Shown here in pieces: positions 63,111 through 64,000 of a DNA stretch of 64,000 nucleotides. Within the stretch, counting starts at the first letter, position 1, and every line of letters begins with the position of its first letter. The translations under genes were made by a program, and so were the position numbers. Where the stretch lies: the NCBI RefSeq assembly GCF_963921235.1, contig NC_086108.1, positions 70,682,001 to 70,746,000 of the forward strand, written 5' to 3'. Origin of the DNA: Mobula hypostoma. Lineage: Eukaryota. Under the pieces are notes generated by a model. The model was not told the origin of the DNA. It did not search any database and was given only the letters and a program-made list of their open reading frames with translations.

Positions 63111-64000
63111 GACAGAAAATGCCAGGAACACTCAGTAAGTTGGAAAGTATCAGTGGAAAGAAAGACAAAATTAACATTTCAGGTCAAAGACTCATTGTCA
63201 GAGTAGGGGAAGAGAGGAAACAAGTCAGATTTAAATTGCAGAGAGAATGCAGCAGGGATGGATAGAACAAAGGGAATATTTTGGAGGTCAGTTCTGCCAT
63301 TGATAAGCTGTTGATAGTGGCTGATAGGTTAATAACAAACCATTTGGGAGTGGGGGGGGGGAGAGAGTACAGCGAACCAAAATGTAAAAGTTTTGAAATG
63401 CAGAATGCCCAGTAAATTAAGCAATGCTAGTGGACAGAGGAAAACTGAGTATTTCAGATGAATGATCCAAAGTGTAACTGGCCAATTCGGATATAACAGA
63501 GAAAGTGTGTAACCTGAAGATATTGAATTCAATACATTGGTATCTGTTTTGATGCTGCATCCTGAGTCAAGTTTAACTGACACACATAGGATTCGTTTTC
63601 GAGCCTCTCACATTTTGACTCAAATTTAACTGAAAGCTTGCATTGTCTTTGCTGCTTATTTCCACCCTCTGCTCACTTTGAAATGGAAACACATGAGATT
63701 GCAGATGCTGGAATCGGAGCAGCAAACAAGATACACAGGGGCTCATGAGGTTTGCGTATTGCTCACGTTGAAGTGACCCATCTCTTACTATTTCCTCCCC
63801 TTTCTGGATCTCTTGTCTTCATCTCAGGGGATAAGGTAATATCAGGCTTCCATTACAGTTTTCTACTGTGACCTTAGTTATACTTCCTCTTACCCTGTCT
63901 CCTGTAAGGCTCTACTCCATCCTCCCTGTGGCTCCATTCCCATCCTATTTGCTCTAACACTGAGATTTTCCACATATCCATTTCTGAGAGGCCTTCCTGA

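Overview
Vertebrate genomic DNA, very repeat-rich. The repeat families point to a cartilaginous fish, probably a ray; this is inferred from sequence only. Two host genes lie on the + strand. GPX7 is represented by coding exons 2 (13377-13638) and 3 (16864-17027, ending KEEL*); exon 1 was not found and probably lies upstream of the window. SHISAL2A/FAM159A is represented by coding exons 1 (42354-42535) and 2 (62532-62671), with the rest downstream. This is the same tandem order as human 1p32. Most of the remainder is mobile DNA: Rex/Babar LINE fragments, two large CR1 LINEs with SGNH-esterase ORF1s (one young and almost intact at 50643-54462), Penelope-like elements (PLEs), a Tc1/mariner-like MITE, V-SINE and DeuSINE relics, solo LTRs with target-site duplications (TSDs), and an internally deleted Ty3/Gypsy (sushi-like) provirus inside a fold-back element with arms of about 400 bp. 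The most notable non-obvious signal is a minimal hammerhead-ribozyme motif in the PLE terminal repeats. It recurs in at least 7 copies, including palindromic mini-elements, one of them in the probable GPX7 3'UTR. No CRISPR arrays, rRNA or tRNA genes were seen. Repeat boundaries and family calls were made by eye and are approximate.
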